DNA from: Candidatus Latescibacterota bacterium
Lineage (GTDB): Bacteria; Latescibacterota; UBA2968; UBA8231
Length of the DNA: 64,000 nucleotides
Assembly: GCA_965223905.1 (NCBI GenBank)
Contig: CBDCXV010000010.1
Location: 1,280,001 to 1,344,000, forward strand
Direction: 5' to 3'
Shown here in pieces: positions 61,992 through 64,000 of this stretch (its first letter is position 1; the number at the start of each line of letters is the position of its first letter). The notes under the pieces are model-generated. The model was given only the letters and a program-made list of their open reading frames with translations, ran no database searches and had not been told where the DNA came from. Position numbers and translations under genes: made by a program.

Positions 61992-62306
61992 ATGCCGAAA
62001 TCACATAGCCCGTATCCGCCGGAATTCCGGCAACAGATGGTTGAGCTCGTACGGGCGGGTCGTAGCCCGGAGGCGTTGGCCAAGGAATTCGAGCCGTCCG
62101 GGCAGACGATCCGCAACTGGGTGATCCAGGCCGAACGCGATGAGGGGGTGCGTCGCGACGGGCCGAGCCGCCCCGAACAGGAGGAGCTGCGGCGCCTTCG
62201 CCGTGAGAACAAGCAACTGCGTATCGAACGGGGGATCCTGGCAAAAGCCACGGCCTGGTTCGCTCGCGAGGCCGACTCGGGGTCCGGCCCGTCTACGAGT
62301 TCATGA
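61992..62306 (+). CDS. IS3 OrfA
   Basis: YPPEFRQQMVEL HTH, EELRRLRRENKQL zipper; AAAAG slip site at 62243-62247. Confidence 0.9.
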   Translation: MPKSHSPYPPEFRQQMVELVRAGRSPEALAKEFEPSGQTIRNWVIQAERDEGVRRDGPSRPEQEELRRLRRENKQLRIERGILAKATAWFAREADSGSGPSTSS

Positions 62307-63187
62307 GAGCGCACCAGGCCGACTTTCCGGTGTTCACGATGTGCCGCGTGCTGAAGGTGTCCCCCAGCGGCTACTACGCCTGGTTGAAGCGCCCGCCGTC
62401 GGGTCGCACTCGGGCCGATGCGGTGCTCAAGGCGCGCGTCGAGCAGATCCACCAACGCTCCCGAGGCACTTACGGGGCGCCGAGGATCCGGGCCGAACTG
62501 GCCGAGGAGGGGCGCGGCGTCAGTCGCAAGCGCATCGCCCGATTGATGCTCGAGCTCGGGGTGCGTGGGGTATGCGGGCGGCGCCGGATCTCCACGACCC
62601 GCCGCAGCCGGCAGGGCCGGGTCGCCTCCGACCTGGTCAACCGGGTGTTTTCGGCCTCGGGCCCGAATCTGCTGTGGGTTGCCGACATCACCTACCTGCC
62701 CACCGCTTCGGGTTTTTTGTATCTGAGTGTGGTGGTCGACGCCTGGAGCCGCCGGGTGGTGGGCTGGGCTATGGCGAGCCATCTGCGTACGCAGCTGGTG
62801 CTCGACGCCCTTGACATGGCCCTGTACCGGCGTCGCCCCCACTCGGTAATCCACCACTCCGATCACGGCAGTCAGTATACGGCCCTGGCCTTCGGGCAAC
62901 GCTGTCGCCAGGCCGGGGTGCGCCCGTCGATGGGATCGGTCGGTGACTGCTACGACAATGCCCTGTGCGAAAGCTTTTTCGCCACGCTGGAAAGGGAGTT
63001 GTTGGATCGTCATCGGTTTGCTACCCATGCCGAGGCCCGGCTAGCTGTTTTCGAGTACCTGGAAGGCGGGTACAATCGCCAGCGGCGGCATTCCGCCCTG
63101 GGACAACGGTCTCCCGTCAACTACGAGAGATATCACCAATCAGAGAGTGTAGATCCAAACGCAAAACTGTCCGTGAAATCGGGGTAA
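62303..63187 (+). CDS. IS3 OrfB DDE transposase
   Basis: YGAPRI, WVADITY, HHSDHGSQY, DNALCESFF, YNRQRRHS; ATGA overlap with orfA. Confidence 0.93.
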   Translation: MRAHQADFPVFTMCRVLKVSPSGYYAWLKRPPSGRTRADAVLKARVEQIHQRSRGTYGAPRIRAELAEEGRGVSRKRIARLMLELGVRGVCGRRRISTTRRSRQGRVASDLVNRVFSASGPNLLWVADITYLPTASGFLYLSVVVDAWSRRVVGWAMASHLRTQLVLDALDMALYRRRPHSVIHHSDHGSQYTALAFGQRCRQAGVRPSMGSVGDCYDNALCESFFATLERELLDRHRFATHAEARLAVFEYLEGGYNRQRRHSALGQRSPVNYERYHQSESVDPNAKLSVKSG

Positions 63188-63562
63188 CCTCAAACGGGGT
63201 AATCGACTGGGACTTTGCTGAACCAGGTGATGCTCTCTGCGATGTTAGTCAGTTTGCTTGGTATGCGGTGCCTCTCCGAGGAGAAGACCACTGGAGAAAG
63301 GCTGGATTTTCTGATAAGCCTGATCTCAGGGCCAGACTAACCGTACTTTCTGACACCTATGGTACGGACTCCAAAGCAATCTTGGACACCCTATGCAATC
63401 TGCAATTGGAAGAGTATCGCAGGACCGAGACTCTGGGCAGGCAGGGACTCCTCCCCTGGTCCATCTTCTACGAACGTGGGGATCTTGCGGAACTCTCAAA
63501 AGAAAACACGTGGCTGAGAGAGAATTACGATTCGCTTGCCGTATAGAAGCGGTCCGCACGTC

Positions 63563-63658
63563 TTCTAACACGTCCACTTGCGCTGCGGCGCATATGCGCC
63601 TTGGCCTTCGGCAACCCCTCGACAAGCTCGGGGTTCGCAAGTGGCGAAAACGTTAGGT
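63563..63658 (+). other. attC 10
   Basis: TTCTAAC...GTTAGGT; ccacttgcg/cgcaagtgg. Confidence 0.9.
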
Positions 63659-63689
63659 GCCATCTGAAAGATTCCACTGTGGAGGACTC

Positions 63690-64000
63690 GTGAAAGGATT
63701 CGAATTGTCAGAGAGGTTCTTCCGGGAGATTGGGCTTCCCACCATTGAGCAACGATTGCCCGGGTGTGTCCCGAGACTGGCAGTGGGCGTTAGTGGAGGC
63801 TCGCAAGCGCACAAGAACGACGATGCAGTGTCTCGCGATCACGGTTGGGGGCCGAGATTCACGGTGTGGTTTGCCAAAGACGATTTCGATGATCACAGTG
63901 AGCGTCTACAGGAAGTGCTGGACACGCTGCCCAATGAGTATGAGGGATTTCGATGGGAGGATCCACGGGCCAGGACCTGTGGTGTAATCGAAATCGGTAG
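63690..64000 (+). CDS. DUF4037-like (nucleotidyltransferase-fold) protein, partial, cassette 11
   Basis: ggagg SD then GTG; MKGFELSERFF...GGSQ...DDAVSRDHGWGPR; runs off the window; absent from the ORF track. Confidence 0.75.
   Translation, partial: MKGFELSERFFREIGLPTIEQRLPGCVPRLAVGVSGGSQAHKNDDAVSRDHGWGPRFTVWFAKDDFDDHSERLQEVLDTLPNEYEGFRWEDPRARTCGVIEIG

Larger units (their letters stand above)
61931..63192 (+). mobile_element. IS3-family insertion sequence, 1262 bp, 3-bp target duplication AAC
   Basis: TG...CA ends; imperfect IRs tggagttgacccgatttcgtggaca and tgtccgtgaaatcggggtaacctca; AAC at 61928-61930 and 63193-63195. Confidence 0.95.
61461..63546 (+). pseudogene. APH-family phosphotransferase cassette gene, interrupted by IS3 and a 1-bp frameshift
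   Basis: VVRIGDTVRRP, LLHYL, RHGDLGPWN, then after the IS NGVIDWDFAEPG. Confidence 0.85.
53526..64000 (+). mobile_element. Integron gene-cassette array (at least 11 cassettes, 10 attC); no integrase in window
   Basis: Ten 81-96-bp imperfect hairpins of the form RYYYAAC...GTTRRRY separate same-strand single genes; each cassette's ends are complementary. Confidence 0.92.

Noticed and set aside
53866-63658. Recurring hairpin repeats as a CRISPR array
   Set aside because: Repeats are 81-96 bp, divergent and separated by whole genes; they carry attC cores and no cas genes are present.

Overview
GC-rich bacterial window (core genes about 65-70% GC by eye, accessory tracts lower). Secreted proteins with C-terminal WGxIK tails, an FlgD-tailed cadherin/FN3 giant protein and ankyrin/PhyH/sulfatase genes resemble sponge-associated FCB-group lineages such as Latescibacterota or Poribacteria; this placement is inference only. 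From left to right: (1) egtD plus a betaine-type ABC importer; (2) metabolic genes, an IS1 remnant and a DUF1538x2-PII-CBS operon; (3) an ECF sigma/anti-sigma locus with matching divergent promoters; (4) a 16-32 kb locus of secreted proteins, with a 3208-aa lyase-tipped adhesin, duplicated sigma54/IHF/UAS promoters and decayed paralogous modules; (5) CopA, MOSC, sulfatase and lipoproteins; (6) a decaying defence island (McrC, DUF2971 and HicB remnants, an NDT-like protein, an MmeI-like RM enzyme, DUF433); (7) a TonB-dependent receptor; (8) from 53.5 kb to the window end, an integron cassette array with 10 attC sites and no integrase in the window. The array contains two related ORF-less cassettes, one cassette with a compensated non-canonical GAT/ATC core, and an IS3 inserted in an APH cassette. 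No rRNA, tRNA or CRISPR array was seen.
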